Shown: in pieces, positions 28,501-38,153 of the stretch
How positions within the stretch are numbered: the first letter of the stretch is position 1
Layout: each line of letters begins with the position of its first letter
From: Candidatus Micrarchaeota archaeon
GTDB lineage: Archaea; Micrarchaeota; Micrarchaeia; Anstonellales; Bilamarchaeaceae
Length of the DNA stretch: 64,000 bases
Assembly: GCA_040753215.1 (NCBI GenBank)
Contig: JBFMEZ010000004.1
Span: 1 to 64,000, forward strand
Direction: 5' to 3'
Translations under genes and position numbers: made by a program
Notes under the pieces: generated by a model
Seen by the model: only the letters and a program-made list of their open reading frames with translations
Told to the model about the DNA's origin: nothing
Databases searched by the model: none

Positions 28501-30972
28501 CTACACTGTATCAACATCATCCTGCTTTGCCACATCCGCATATTTCGTGCTTGCGGCCAGCATCGGGTCCTTCGCGTCCCCGCCGTAATTGAACTGGATC
28601 ACCGCGCCCCTCCCGTTCCTCACGGTAAGGTCGTCGTCCACCACGAGGTCCTGCATCGCGTGGATGAGCCTCCTCTGCATGTACCCGCTCCTCGCCGTCC
28701 TTATTGCGGTGTTGACCAGCGATTCCCTCCCTCCCATTGAGTGGTGGAAGAAATCGTCCGCCCTGAGCCCCTTCCTGAACGATGCGAACACGAACCCCCT
28801 CTCCCTCCCGGTGAGCGCGCCCCTCCTGTAGAACGGCAGCGTCCTTCTCGAATACCCGCGGGTGAGCCTCTTGCTCCTGACCGCCTGCTGCCCGAGCATG
28901 GCGGACATCTGTATCGCGTTCAGCAGGCTCCCCCTCGCGCCTATCTTCGCCATGATTATCGAGGAGTTCTCCATCCCGAGGTCGCCCTCCACCACCTTCC
29001 CGACCTCGTCCCTCGCCCTGCTCGCGACCATCATTATGTTCCCTTCCAGCGTCTCCTTGAGCGTGAGCCCCGGCGACCTCTCCAGCTTCCCGTTCTTGTA
29101 CTGCATTATGAGGTTTTCTATCTCCCTGTTCGACCTGTCCTCTATCTCCTTCACCTTCTTCCCCGCGTTCGCGCTCAGCGAATAGTTCTTCATGGAAACG
29201 CTCATCCCCCTCCATGACAGCGCCTCCAGGCATATGTTCGTCACGTTGTCCAGGAATTCCCTTGCCGCGCGGGAGCCGTGCTTCACGAAAATCTGCTCCA
29301 GGAGCTCGCTCTCCAGCGCCCTGCTCTCCACCGCGCCCTTCACAAGCTCGCCGTCCCTGATGACGACCTCCTCACCGAGCTTTGACTTCACTTTCGTGTT
29401 CAGCCCCTTCGGGAGGAGCATGGAGAACAGCTTCTTCCCCTCATACATCCCGTTCCTGTCCGGCTTCGGCAGCTCCTTTATCCCCGCGGTGAGCAGCAGC
29501 CTCGACGCCTCCTCCTTCGTGAATGCCGACCCGTCCTTCGTGAAGAAGTATGATGCGGAAACGTGGTCCTCCTGCGGCTTTATTATCGCGTGCCCATGCC
29601 TCGGCGAGATTATCTGGTCCTCGACCTTCATGAGGTACCTCGCCTCCGCCTGCGCCTCCTGCGTCTGCAGCACGTGCAGGTTCATCTCATCCCCGTCGTA
29701 GTCCGCGTTGTACGGGGGCGTCACCGTGGGGTTCAGCCTGAAGGTCCTTCCCGGCACCACCCTCACCTCGTGCGCCATCATCGAAATCCTGTGAAGCGAC
29801 GGCTGCCTGTTGAACAGCACAACGTCCCCGTCCCTGAGCTGCCTCTCCACCGCCCACCCCACCTTCAGCTCCTCCGCCATCTGCTCGCGCATCTCGTCGG
29901 GTATCTTTATCTTCTTGCCGTCCGGCCTGAGCATGTACAGCGCCTTCGGGTATTCCTTTGAGCGCACGTACTTCCTGCACTCCTCCGCGTTCCACTCCGT
30001 TACCTGCACCGGCACCGTGAGCTCCTCCGCAACCGCGGGCGGCACCCCCACCTCATCAATCCTGAGCCTCGGGTCCGGGGAGATGACGGTCCTCGCCGAG
30101 AAGTTCACCCTCTTCCCCAGGAGGTTGTACCTGAACCTCCCCTCCTTCCCCTTCAGCCTCTGCGCGAGCGTCTTCAGCGCCCTCCCGCTCCTGTGCCGCG
30201 CCGGCGGGATGTTCGCGGTCTCGTTGTTCATGTATGTGGTAACATGGTACTGCAGCAGCTCCCAGAGGTCCTCGATAATCAGCTGGGGCGCGCCGGCGTT
30301 TATGTTCGCCTCCAGCTTCTGGTTTATCCTGATTATGTCCACCAGCTTGTGCGTCAGGTCGTCCTCGCTCCTCTCCCCGCTCTCCAGCGTGATGGACGGC
30401 CGTATGTTCACCGGCGGGACGAGCAGCACCGAGAGTATGCCCCACTCCGGCCTGGCGAAATCCGGGTCGTACCCAAGCTTCCTCAGGTCGTCGTTCGGGA
30501 TCCCGGCCAGCCAGTCCCTTATGTCGGTCGGGAGCATCTGCACGTTGTCCCTGAAGAAGGTTGCGGGCTTGAGGAATTTTATGTCCGGGATTTTCGCCCC
30601 GCAGTTCGGGCACTCCCCCTTCGCCTTCCTCCCGCTCGCCTCCACCACCCTCTTGCATTCCGGGCAGGCGGTCTTCAGTATGTTGTAGATGTATTTCGCG
30701 AGCTCCACGTGTATCACCGGCCTCACGAGCTCTATGTGCCCGAAATGCCCCGGGCACTCCTTCACGCGCCCCCCGCACGTCTTGCACCTCAGCCCCGGGT
30801 CCACCACCCCGAGCCTCGAGTCCACGAGCCCGCCGTCTATGGGATACCCGTCGTCATCATATGTATCCGGTATTATCACCCGCGCGGCCGAAATCTTCCT
30901 GACCATGTCAGGCGAGAAAAGTGAGAACTTTATCTTTCCTATGACTTTTTCTATATCTTCCATAGATACCAC
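28501..30972 (-). CDS. rpoA1: RNA polymerase subunit A' (Rpo1N)
   Basis: 'CPGHFGHIEL', 'LKGKEGRFR', 'NRQPSLH', catalytic 'NADYDGDEMN', 'TARSGYMQRR'. Confidence 0.98.
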   Translation of the reverse strand: MVSMEDIEKVIGKIKFSLFSPDMVRKISAARVIIPDTYDDDGYPIDGGLVDSRLGVVDPGLRCKTCGGRVKECPGHFGHIELVRPVIHVELAKYIYNILKTACPECKRVVEASGRKAKGECPNCGAKIPDIKFLKPATFFRDNVQMLPTDIRDWLAGIPNDDLRKLGYDPDFARPEWGILSVLLVPPVNIRPSITLESGERSEDDLTHKLVDIIRINQKLEANINAGAPQLIIEDLWELLQYHVTTYMNNETANIPPARHRSGRALKTLAQRLKGKEGRFRYNLLGKRVNFSARTVISPDPRLRIDEVGVPPAVAEELTVPVQVTEWNAEECRKYVRSKEYPKALYMLRPDGKKIKIPDEMREQMAEELKVGWAVERQLRDGDVVLFNRQPSLHRISMMAHEVRVVPGRTFRLNPTVTPPYNADYDGDEMNLHVLQTQEAQAEARYLMKVEDQIISPRHGHAIIKPQEDHVSASYFFTKDGSAFTKEEASRLLLTAGIKELPKPDRNGMYEGKKLFSMLLPKGLNTKVKSKLGEEVVIRDGELVKGAVESRALESELLEQIFVKHGSRAAREFLDNVTNICLEALSWRGMSVSMKNYSLSANAGKKVKEIEDRSNREIENLIMQYKNGKLERSPGLTLKETLEGNIMMVASRARDEVGKVVEGDLGMENSSIIMAKIGARGSLLNAIQMSAMLGQQAVRSKRLTRGYSRRTLPFYRRGALTGRERGFVFASFRKGLRADDFFHHSMGGRESLVNTAIRTARSGYMQRRLIHAMQDLVVDDDLTVRNGRGAVIQFNYGGDAKDPMLAASTKYADVAKQDDVDTV

Positions 30973-30973
30973 T

Positions 30974-32815
30974 TCACGCCTTCTCTTCCAGTATTATCCT
31001 CGGGAATATGAACATGGACCTTATCTCCCCGAGCAGCAGCTTGAACGCATAGCTCATCTCGATGGGCACCACGTCGCTGCTCCCGCAGAGCGAGCACACG
31101 TTCTTGTTCTTTATCAGGTCGTGGTGCGCGAGCATCCCGCACTCCTGGCACACGTGCTGCACTGTCTTGTCGCTCTCCTCCAGCAGCCTCTCCCTCACTA
31201 CCATGCTCGCCCCGTACCCTATGAGGCAGTCCCTTTCCATCTCGCCGAACCTGAGCCCTCCCTCCCTCGCCCTCCCTTCGGTTGGCTGCAGGGTGAGCAG
31301 CTGCACAGGCCCCCTGCTCCTCGCGTGCATCTTGTTCGAGACGAGGTGGTGCAGCCTCTGGTAATAAACCGGCCCGATGAACAGCTTCATCTTTACCCTC
31401 TTCCCCGTAATGCCGTCGTAAAGCCACTCCTCGCCGTACTCGTCCATCCCCCTCTCCTTCAGCATCTTCACATAGTCCTCTTCGGTATTCCCCGTGAATG
31501 CGGTCCCGTCCATCACGCTCCCGCCCATCGCCCCCGCCTTCGCGCCCAGCGTTTCCAGCAGGTGCCCCGCGGTCATCCTTGATGGGATGGCGTGCGGGTT
31601 CAGTATCAGGTCCGGCACAATCCCGTCCTTCGTGAAGGGCATGTCCTCCTGCGGGAGCACCAGCCCTATCACGCCCTTCTGCCCGTGCCTCGATGCGAAC
31701 TTGTCCCCGACCTCCGGGGCCTTCGCGCTCCTCACCCTTATCTTCACGAGGCGGTTCCCGCTGGGCGCCTCCGTGACCATCACGGAATCGATGACGCCCT
31801 TCTCCCCGCCCTTCAGCGAAAGGGAGCTCTCCCGCTTCTTCTCCTCCACAACCCCGAATACGGAAATCTCCTCCAGGAACCTCGGTGGAGACGTCTTCCC
31901 CACCAGGACCGCCTTCCCCTCCACCCTGCTCTCGGGGTGCGCTATGCCGTCGTCGTCCAGGTGCCTGTACGCCTCCTCGCCCCTGAACCCCACGGTGTCC
32001 GGGCCCGGTATCTCAATCTTGTCCTTCTGCCCGCCGGGGTAGAGCCTCTCCTCCGCTTCGTACGTCTTGAACATCATCACCCTGCCCAGCCCCCGGTCTA
32101 TCGCGCTCCTGTTCACCACCACCCCGTCCCCCATGTTGTAGCCCTTGTAGGTGGTGATTGCGACTATGAAATTCTGCCCGGCCGCCTTCTTGTCCATGTT
32201 CAGAACGCTGTACGCGTCCGTCTGCACAAGCGGCTTCTGCGGGTAATACATTATGTACGAGCGCGTGTCGAATCTCTGCGTGAAGTTGGTCGCGTACACC
32301 CCGAGGGACTGCTTCGCCATCGAGCACGCCATCGTTATCCTGGGGCCGGAATTGTGCTCCGGGTAGGGCAGCACCGAAGACGTCACCCCGAATATAGCCG
32401 AAGGCACCGCCTCGAGGTGCGTGTGCTCGGGCGTCATCTCCTCCTCGCTCAGCGCTATGTACGCATTCTCCTCCTCCTCTGCATCGAGGTACTCGATTAC
32501 GCCCATCTTTATGAGGTGCTCCCATGTGAGCTGCCCCGCCTGCAGCTTCTTCAGTATCTCCGCCGTCAGGCGGCTCTTCCCGCCCTCCACGACCACGTAG
32601 GGCTTCCTCACCCTGCCCGCGTCCGTGTTTATGTGTATCTCGTTCGCCCTCTCGTTGTAATACACGTTTACCTCGTAATTCAGCTCGTTCGTCCTCCTCT
32701 TTTCCCTTATCCTGGAAACCAGCCCCTCCCCTTCCGCATGGAAGCCCACAAGGTTCCCGTTCACATAGATTGCGCACTTCCCCCTTCTCCTCTTCTTCTT
32801 TTTTTCTTCAGCCAT
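30974..32815 (-). CDS. rpoB1: RNA polymerase subunit B' (C-terminal half of Rpo2)
   Basis: 'GDKFASRHGQKG', 'NPHAIPSRMT', 'QPTEGRAREGGLRFGEMERD'. Confidence 0.97.
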   Translation of the reverse strand: MAEEKKKKRRRGKCAIYVNGNLVGFHAEGEGLVSRIREKRRTNELNYEVNVYYNERANEIHINTDAGRVRKPYVVVEGGKSRLTAEILKKLQAGQLTWEHLIKMGVIEYLDAEEEENAYIALSEEEMTPEHTHLEAVPSAIFGVTSSVLPYPEHNSGPRITMACSMAKQSLGVYATNFTQRFDTRSYIMYYPQKPLVQTDAYSVLNMDKKAAGQNFIVAITTYKGYNMGDGVVVNRSAIDRGLGRVMMFKTYEAEERLYPGGQKDKIEIPGPDTVGFRGEEAYRHLDDDGIAHPESRVEGKAVLVGKTSPPRFLEEISVFGVVEEKKRESSLSLKGGEKGVIDSVMVTEAPSGNRLVKIRVRSAKAPEVGDKFASRHGQKGVIGLVLPQEDMPFTKDGIVPDLILNPHAIPSRMTAGHLLETLGAKAGAMGGSVMDGTAFTGNTEEDYVKMLKERGMDEYGEEWLYDGITGKRVKMKLFIGPVYYQRLHHLVSNKMHARSRGPVQLLTLQPTEGRAREGGLRFGEMERDCLIGYGASMVVRERLLEESDKTVQHVCQECGMLAHHDLIKNKNVCSLCGSSDVVPIEMSYAFKLLLGEIRSMFIFPRIILEEKA

Positions 32816-32858
32816 AAGTACGCACCTGCTTCCGTTTACGGTTTCCTCACCGGCCCCG

Positions 32859-34325
32859 TCATTTCTTCCACTCCCTCTCTATCCCGAACTTCTTCAGCGT
32901 GTCCGTTATCTCCTCTTCCTCCGCCCCGCGCGTTACCTGCGCGAGCATGGAGAGGTTCTTCACCAGCGAGCAGCTCGGCCCTTCCGGCGTCTCGCTCGGG
33001 CACAGCTTCCCCCAGTGGGTCCCGTGCAGGTCCCTTGCCTTGAAGTGCGGGTGCTTCTTGCTGAGCGGGGATATCACCCTCCTCGTGTGCGAAAGCATCG
33101 CGAGGTTGCTCGTCCTGTCCAGCAGCTGCGAGACGCCCGTCTGCCCGGCAATCCAGTTTCCGGTCGCCATCGCATACTTTATCCTGTCCACAAGCGTGTC
33201 CTGCCTCACGAGCGTGTGCACCTGCAGTTTGCGCCCGCGCGCATCCGCCCTGCTCGCCTGGTATACGATGTCCTTGATGAGGAACTGGAACGCATACCTG
33301 AAAAGCTCCTCCATGAGGCTGCCCACCAGCTTCACCCTCTTGTTCGCGTAGTGGTCCTTGTCGTCCGGCTTCATCCTCTTGTGCGCAACGCGAACCGACT
33401 TCTCAGCCATCCTTATGAGGTAGTATGCCTTCATCTTCCTGTCCGCCTTCTCCACCCCCAGATGGGGCAGCAGGTATGTCTCGAGCAGGTTGTCCAGCCT
33501 CGCGAGCCGGAATTCCTCCGGCTGGCCCGGCGAGATTTTCTTGCTCAGCGTCTGTATCGCATCGTCCTTCGTCTTGCTCTCCTCCTCTTCAAGGTTGAGC
33601 AGGATGTCGTTCTTTACTATCGGCTCGCCCGAGAACGCGTCCATTATCTCTGCATCCTTGTCCAGCCCGAGCACCCTCAGCACCTGGATGAGCGAAAGGT
33701 CCGGCGGCGTAGCCGGGAACTCGCACTTCAGCATCCCCTCCGCCGTCCTCGTAACCACGCACCTCGCCCTGAACCCGTGCCGGGTGGAGAACACCTTCGC
33801 CACAGTGCCGCTGCTCTCCGCGGTGGTCATCACCTTGTTCGGGACGAGGTCCTCTATGCCCACCAGCACCCTCTCGCTGCCGTTTATTATGAAATACCCT
33901 CCCGGGTCCTCCGGGTCCTCCCCCTTCTCTATCAGCTCGTCCTTCGTCATGCCCGCGAGGTAGCACAGCCTGCTCTTCACCATCACCGGCACTTCGCCTA
34001 TGTAAACGTCGGAATAGGTCGGCCTCTCAATCCCGTTGAAGAGGGGGATTATCTCCAGGAACATCGGCGCCGCGTACGTGATGTTCCTGAGCCTCGCCTC
34101 CGCGGGCAGGATCTGCCTGTACCCTCCCTTCACCTCGTAGAACCTCGGCGGCTCCACCCTTATCTTCCCGAGCTTGAGCGAGAACCCCTCCACGTGCGTG
34201 TCGATCTTCCCGACCCTGCCGACAATCTCCTGCATCCCCACATCCACAAAACGGTTGTAGGAATCGAGCTGCTGCTTCACGAGGCTGTTTGTCCTGAAAT
34301 AAGACTCCATCAATGCATTGGCCAT
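32859..34325 (-). CDS. rpoB2: RNA polymerase subunit B'' (N-terminal half of Rpo2)
   Basis: 'QLDSYN.F', 'EARLRN.TY', 'DPGGYFIINGSERV', 'CPSETPEG...LVKNL'; start could be 34340. Confidence 0.96.
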   Translation of the reverse strand: MANALMESYFRTNSLVKQQLDSYNRFVDVGMQEIVGRVGKIDTHVEGFSLKLGKIRVEPPRFYEVKGGYRQILPAEARLRNITYAAPMFLEIIPLFNGIERPTYSDVYIGEVPVMVKSRLCYLAGMTKDELIEKGEDPEDPGGYFIINGSERVLVGIEDLVPNKVMTTAESSGTVAKVFSTRHGFRARCVVTRTAEGMLKCEFPATPPDLSLIQVLRVLGLDKDAEIMDAFSGEPIVKNDILLNLEEEESKTKDDAIQTLSKKISPGQPEEFRLARLDNLLETYLLPHLGVEKADRKMKAYYLIRMAEKSVRVAHKRMKPDDKDHYANKRVKLVGSLMEELFRYAFQFLIKDIVYQASRADARGRKLQVHTLVRQDTLVDRIKYAMATGNWIAGQTGVSQLLDRTSNLAMLSHTRRVISPLSKKHPHFKARDLHGTHWGKLCPSETPEGPSCSLVKNLSMLAQVTRGAEEEEITDTLKKFGIEREWKK

Positions 34326-34343
34326 TTTCCCACCAGGCACCGC

Positions 34344-34592
34344 TCAGACTACCAGCCGGTAGTAATCGTACTCCCCCGTCTCGTCCTTCCTCTTTATGCG
34401 CAGAATGTCCCCCTGCTTCGCCCCCAGCGCAGAAACAGCGGCATCGTCCGACAATGCCCTCGGGAGCATGCTCTCGTCTATTTTGCACTTCTCAAGCAGT
34501 TCCTTCTTCTCCTCTTCCTTCACTATCTCCATCCTGGGGACAAGATGGTGCTTCAATACGTCGATATTCGGCTTCTCTTTCTTCAAGGGCAC
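34344..34592 (-). CDS. rpoH: RNA polymerase subunit H (Rpo5)
   Basis: 'H.LVP', 'LP....D', 'GA..GD...I.R', 'YYRLVV'. Confidence 0.95.
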   Translation of the reverse strand: MPLKKEKPNIDVLKHHLVPRMEIVKEEEKKELLEKCKIDESMLPRALSDDAAVSALGAKQGDILRIKRKDETGEYDYYRLVV

Positions 34593-34628
34593 ACCCGGGC
34601 GGAGCAGCTTCCAGTTTCCGGTTTCCAG

Positions 34629-34683
34629 TCACACTGTGAAGCCGCTCAATCGCTTCCCTGCTTTCCCTGGCTTCACGGTGTGA
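34629..34683. repeat. Intergenic hairpin embedded in heptamer repeats
   Basis: TCACACTGTGAAGCC / GGCTTCACGGTGTGA (14/15) with 25-nt pyrimidine-rich loop. Confidence 0.7.
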
Positions 34684-34835
34684 GTCCCCAGTTTCCGAAA
34701 GACGGATGCTGGGTGCTGGGAACAGATAACTCCACAGCTAGCAGTGGCATTCCATTTTAAAGGGATATGTTTAAAAAGGTTCTCTTCGCGCGCGTGCAAT
34801 AAGTTTCTTAAACTGTGGCGGGCCAGGATGACGAT

Positions 34836-35249
34836 ATGGCGGACGAAGGCGAGGTTAAGGCCTTATCCTACATCGAGCCGAAGACCGAAAAGAACCGCGT
34901 CCAGCACATCGGCTGCTGGATAGTGATACTGCAGGAAATGATTAAAAGGAATTTCAGGCGCGGGAACGTCTTCAGCCTAGACGATGGAAGGGTTGAAGTG
35001 CTGGTCCAAGGGAGCGGTATCGACATTGCGCTCTTCCACTCGTACATACGGGACAACCTTTACGGTTTGCTGCTGGAGAGCAAGAATAGCGAAGAGGGCA
35101 AAAAGCTGGTGATTGATGCAGTCGGCAACCCCGGCTTCAACGTAACGGATATTGAACTTAAACCCCAATTGGTGGTGCATGGCCTTGCGCTCGCTTCCCA
35201 TTCCCTGGAACTGGACCAGTTTGAAATTGAGCATTCCACCCATCTCTGA
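34836..35249 (+). CDS. Degenerate acylphosphatase-like protein, possibly truncated
   Basis: 'RVQHIG', 'G.V..LDDGRVEVLVQG' resemble the acylphosphatase fold; catalytic Arg/Asn absent; ends inside a hairpin cluster. Confidence 0.5.
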   Translation: MADEGEVKALSYIEPKTEKNRVQHIGCWIVILQEMIKRNFRRGNVFSLDDGRVEVLVQGSGIDIALFHSYIRDNLYGLLLESKNSEEGKKLVIDAVGNPGFNVTDIELKPQLVVHGLALASHSLELDQFEIEHSTHL

Positions 35250-35443
35250 TGGGTGGTGGAGGGTGGAATGCAGCTGTCAAAATGCTCTTGGTGCGAGCGC
35301 CCTTGCAAGCCACCGGTCTGCGACCGGTGGTGGCGCGAGCATTTTGACTCGGCACCCGTGCCCGCCTGTGCGACCGCTCAGCAAACAGCTTACAGCATCC
35401 ATTTCCGTCATTCTTTTAAGCTCTCCCTAAACAAATCCCCCCA

Positions 35444-36295
35444 ATGGACAAGGAAACAAAGGTGAGCCTGGCCGCCTGGCTCCTCAGCATCATCCTCTTT
35501 GCCGTGAAAATAACCGCGGGGCTGCTCTCCGGCTCCCTCGCCGTGCTCTCGGATGCGTTCAACTCCCTCACCGACATAGTTTCCTACCTCATCGTATACA
35601 TCTCCGTGAAAATCTCCGGGGAAGCGCCCGACGCCGACCATCCCTACGGCCACAGGGGCGCCCAGCCCCTTGCCGCCTTCATGGTTGCGGTCTTCCAGGG
35701 AATACTCGCGTTCGAGATAATACGCGCGGCGGCAGGCAACCTTCTGTTCGGCCATCCCGCAATCGCCCCCACCCTCTTTACCTTCGCCGCCCTCCTCTTC
35801 AGCATAGCAGTGAAATCCGGGATGTCCTATTTCCTCGGCAGGTTCGGGAAGGAGCTCCACAGCGCCTCTCTCCGCTCCATCTCCGTGGATTCCCGCAACG
35901 ACGTGCTCGCATCCTCCATCGCAGTCCTCGGCCTCGTCGGCGTCCTGTCCGGCAACGACGTTTTCGACGATGCAGCCGCCATCATAATCGCCCTCTACAT
36001 AGGGTTCTCCGGCTGGCAGATCGCAAAGGAGAGCGTGGGCTACCTGATGGGCGCCAGCCCACCGCGGGAGACGATAGAGAGGATACGCGCGGCCTCCTCT
36101 TCGGTCCCCGGAGTCAAGAAAGTGGAAAAAGTAAGCGCCCATTACATAGGCGACCGCATCCACGCGGAGATAGAAATCCTCCTAAGCAGGCAGCTGAAGC
36201 CGGAGCAGACCCACCGTATAGGCGCGGAGGTGCAGAAGGCGGTGGAGAGCATAGAGGTCGTGGAGAGGGCCTTCATACACATCGATTACGGGTAA
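35444..36295 (+). CDS. Cation diffusion facilitator (FieF-like)
   Basis: 'SGSLAVLSDAFNSLTD', 'PDADHPYGH', 'DSRND', 'IHID'. Confidence 0.92.
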   Translation: MDKETKVSLAAWLLSIILFAVKITAGLLSGSLAVLSDAFNSLTDIVSYLIVYISVKISGEAPDADHPYGHRGAQPLAAFMVAVFQGILAFEIIRAAAGNLLFGHPAIAPTLFTFAALLFSIAVKSGMSYFLGRFGKELHSASLRSISVDSRNDVLASSIAVLGLVGVLSGNDVFDDAAAIIIALYIGFSGWQIAKESVGYLMGASPPRETIERIRAASSSVPGVKKVEKVSAHYIGDRIHAEIEILLSRQLKPEQTHRIGAEVQKAVESIEVVERAFIHIDYG

Positions 36296-36402
36296 AGGTA
36301 GGCAAAACGAGGCAATTATTCTTCCCGGCCCGGAATAAGTAATCTTATTGCACCCCGTCCTCTTCGCAATTCTTAAAAACCCCTGCTCCCCATCTTCCCT
36401 GC

Positions 36403-36837
36403 ATGAGGCTACTTGCGGAATCCCTCCTCGCGGCGCTCATCGCCCTGTTTGTGCTCAATTTCCTGGGGCTCGGCGTTTCCCTCCTCGCTTCCGTGACATC
36501 CTTCTTCGTCGTCCTCCTCTTCATAGTCCTTATAGAGGAAAAGAGCGGCTTCTCCTCCCGCGCAATCCTCAGGCAGTTCCGCATGGACAGGCCCCTCATA
36601 GCCACCGCGGTCGTCTTCGGCCTCCTCTTCGTGCTCGCAATAGTCTTCTCAATAATCAACACCCGCCTCAGCGCCTTCATCACCCCCCTCACCAGTTCCC
36701 TGGAATCCACGCTCGGCCTCATAGGGCTCGCCGTGATAAGCGCCCTCGCGTACCGCCTCTTCTACCACTTCATGTACCAGCAGATAGAGCTTGACACCGG
36801 GCTCCAGCTGGTGAAGAAGATAAGGAGCAGGATATAG
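36403..36837 (+). CDS. Hypothetical membrane protein
   Basis: About 4 TM segments; coupled to downstream permease. Confidence 0.6.
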   Translation: MRLLAESLLAALIALFVLNFLGLGVSLLASVTSFFVVLLFIVLIEEKSGFSSRAILRQFRMDRPLIATAVVFGLLFVLAIVFSIINTRLSAFITPLTSSLESTLGLIGLAVISALAYRLFYHFMYQQIELDTGLQLVKKIRSRI

Positions 36838-36839
36838 GT

Positions 36840-38144
36840 ATGGCAAAGCTCAGGCGCGAACTGAACCTCACGACCGCGACCATTTTCGGCATCTCCATAA
36901 TAGTGGGCGCCGGGATATACGCGCTCATAGGCGCCGCAACCGCAATCGCGGGCACGGGCGTGTGGTTCTCCTTCCTCGTCGCCGCCTTTGTCGCGCTCCT
37001 CACGGGGCTGAGCTACGCGGAGCTCTCCTCCATGTTCCCGCAGGCGGGTTCTTCGTTCACCTACGTCCTCAGGGGCCTGAACAGCCGCATGCTCGGCTTC
37101 ATAACCGGCTGGCTCATCCTTTTTGAGGCGATGGTCGGCGCGGCGGCAATCGCAATGGCATTCGGGAACTATCTCGCTTCGATAATCGCGTTCCCGGTCA
37201 TGGCCGCGGCGTTCCTGGTAATTCTCCTCTTTTCGGTAGTCAACCTGGTGGGGATAAGGGAATCCATCCTCCTCAACGATGTGATGTTCCTCCTTGAGGT
37301 GGGCGGCCTGCTCTTCGTAATCGCCGCCGGCTTCCTATTCGGCTCCGCAAATCCGGATCTGATGGATTTCCGGCTCACCCCCGCGCTTGCGGGCGCCGCC
37401 CTCGTATTCTTCGCGATGCTCGGCTTTGAGATGATTGCGAGCGAGAGCGAGGAGGCGAAGGATGCGAAGCACACGATTCCCGGCGCGATAATCCTCTCAA
37501 TAATAATATGCACGTTCCTCTACGTCGCCTTCTCCATCGCCGCCCTGCTCCTGGTGGGGCCCGGGGTCCTCGGCGCCTCCACCGCACCCGTGAAGGATGT
37601 TGTATTCCCCCTCCTCGGCCAGTATGCATTCATCTTCTCCCTCATCGCCCTCGCCTCCACAGGCAACACGGTGCTCATCTGCCTCATAACCGCTTCCCGC
37701 CTTTCCTACGGCATGGCGAAGAGCGACTCCCTCCCAAAATTCCTCTCCAGGATAAATGAAAGGTTCTGCACCCCGCACTTCGGGGTCCTTTTCGCCTTCG
37801 TGGTAGCCGCCTTATTCCTTCTCATCGCCAACATGGTCATCATAGCCGAAGTAACGAATTTCGCGGCCCTCATCGCGTTCTTCCTCATAAACGTGAGTGT
37901 GATAAAGCTCAGGCTGGACGACCACCGCACGAAGCGGGCGTTCAGCGTGCCGTTCTCAGTCCCCGGCTTCCGGTTTCCAGTCCTCGGTTTAGACGTTCCT
38001 CCAATCCCAATCCCGGCGGTGCTGGGAGCCCTCGCTTCCCTCTTCCTGATTTTCTACCTCTCCATGGAGGCAATCCTCTACGGGGCCGGGCTCATCGTCC
38101 TTGGCGCAGCGGTGCACCTGCTGCACAGGAAACAAAAGAAGTAA
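36840..38144 (+). CDS. APC-family amino acid permease
   Basis: 'IVGAGIY', 'SYAELSS.FP.AG', 'FFA..GFE....SEE.K', about 12 TM. Confidence 0.92.
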   Translation: MAKLRRELNLTTATIFGISIIVGAGIYALIGAATAIAGTGVWFSFLVAAFVALLTGLSYAELSSMFPQAGSSFTYVLRGLNSRMLGFITGWLILFEAMVGAAAIAMAFGNYLASIIAFPVMAAAFLVILLFSVVNLVGIRESILLNDVMFLLEVGGLLFVIAAGFLFGSANPDLMDFRLTPALAGAALVFFAMLGFEMIASESEEAKDAKHTIPGAIILSIIICTFLYVAFSIAALLLVGPGVLGASTAPVKDVVFPLLGQYAFIFSLIALASTGNTVLICLITASRLSYGMAKSDSLPKFLSRINERFCTPHFGVLFAFVVAALFLLIANMVIIAEVTNFAALIAFFLINVSVIKLRLDDHRTKRAFSVPFSVPGFRFPVLGLDVPPIPIPAVLGALASLFLIFYLSMEAILYGAGLIVLGAAVHLLHRKQKK

Positions 38145-38153
38145 AAAGAAAGC

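Noticed and set aside
32816..32858. rpoB split as a pseudogene or sequencing error
   Set aside because: B''/B' split is an established archaeal feature; both halves are intact and B' has an SD-like AGGTG
21254..34760. Long antisense ORFs opposite fusA and the rpo genes (also opposite kamA, glmS, ade)
   Set aside because: Shadows of GC-rich codon bias with no recognisable motifs
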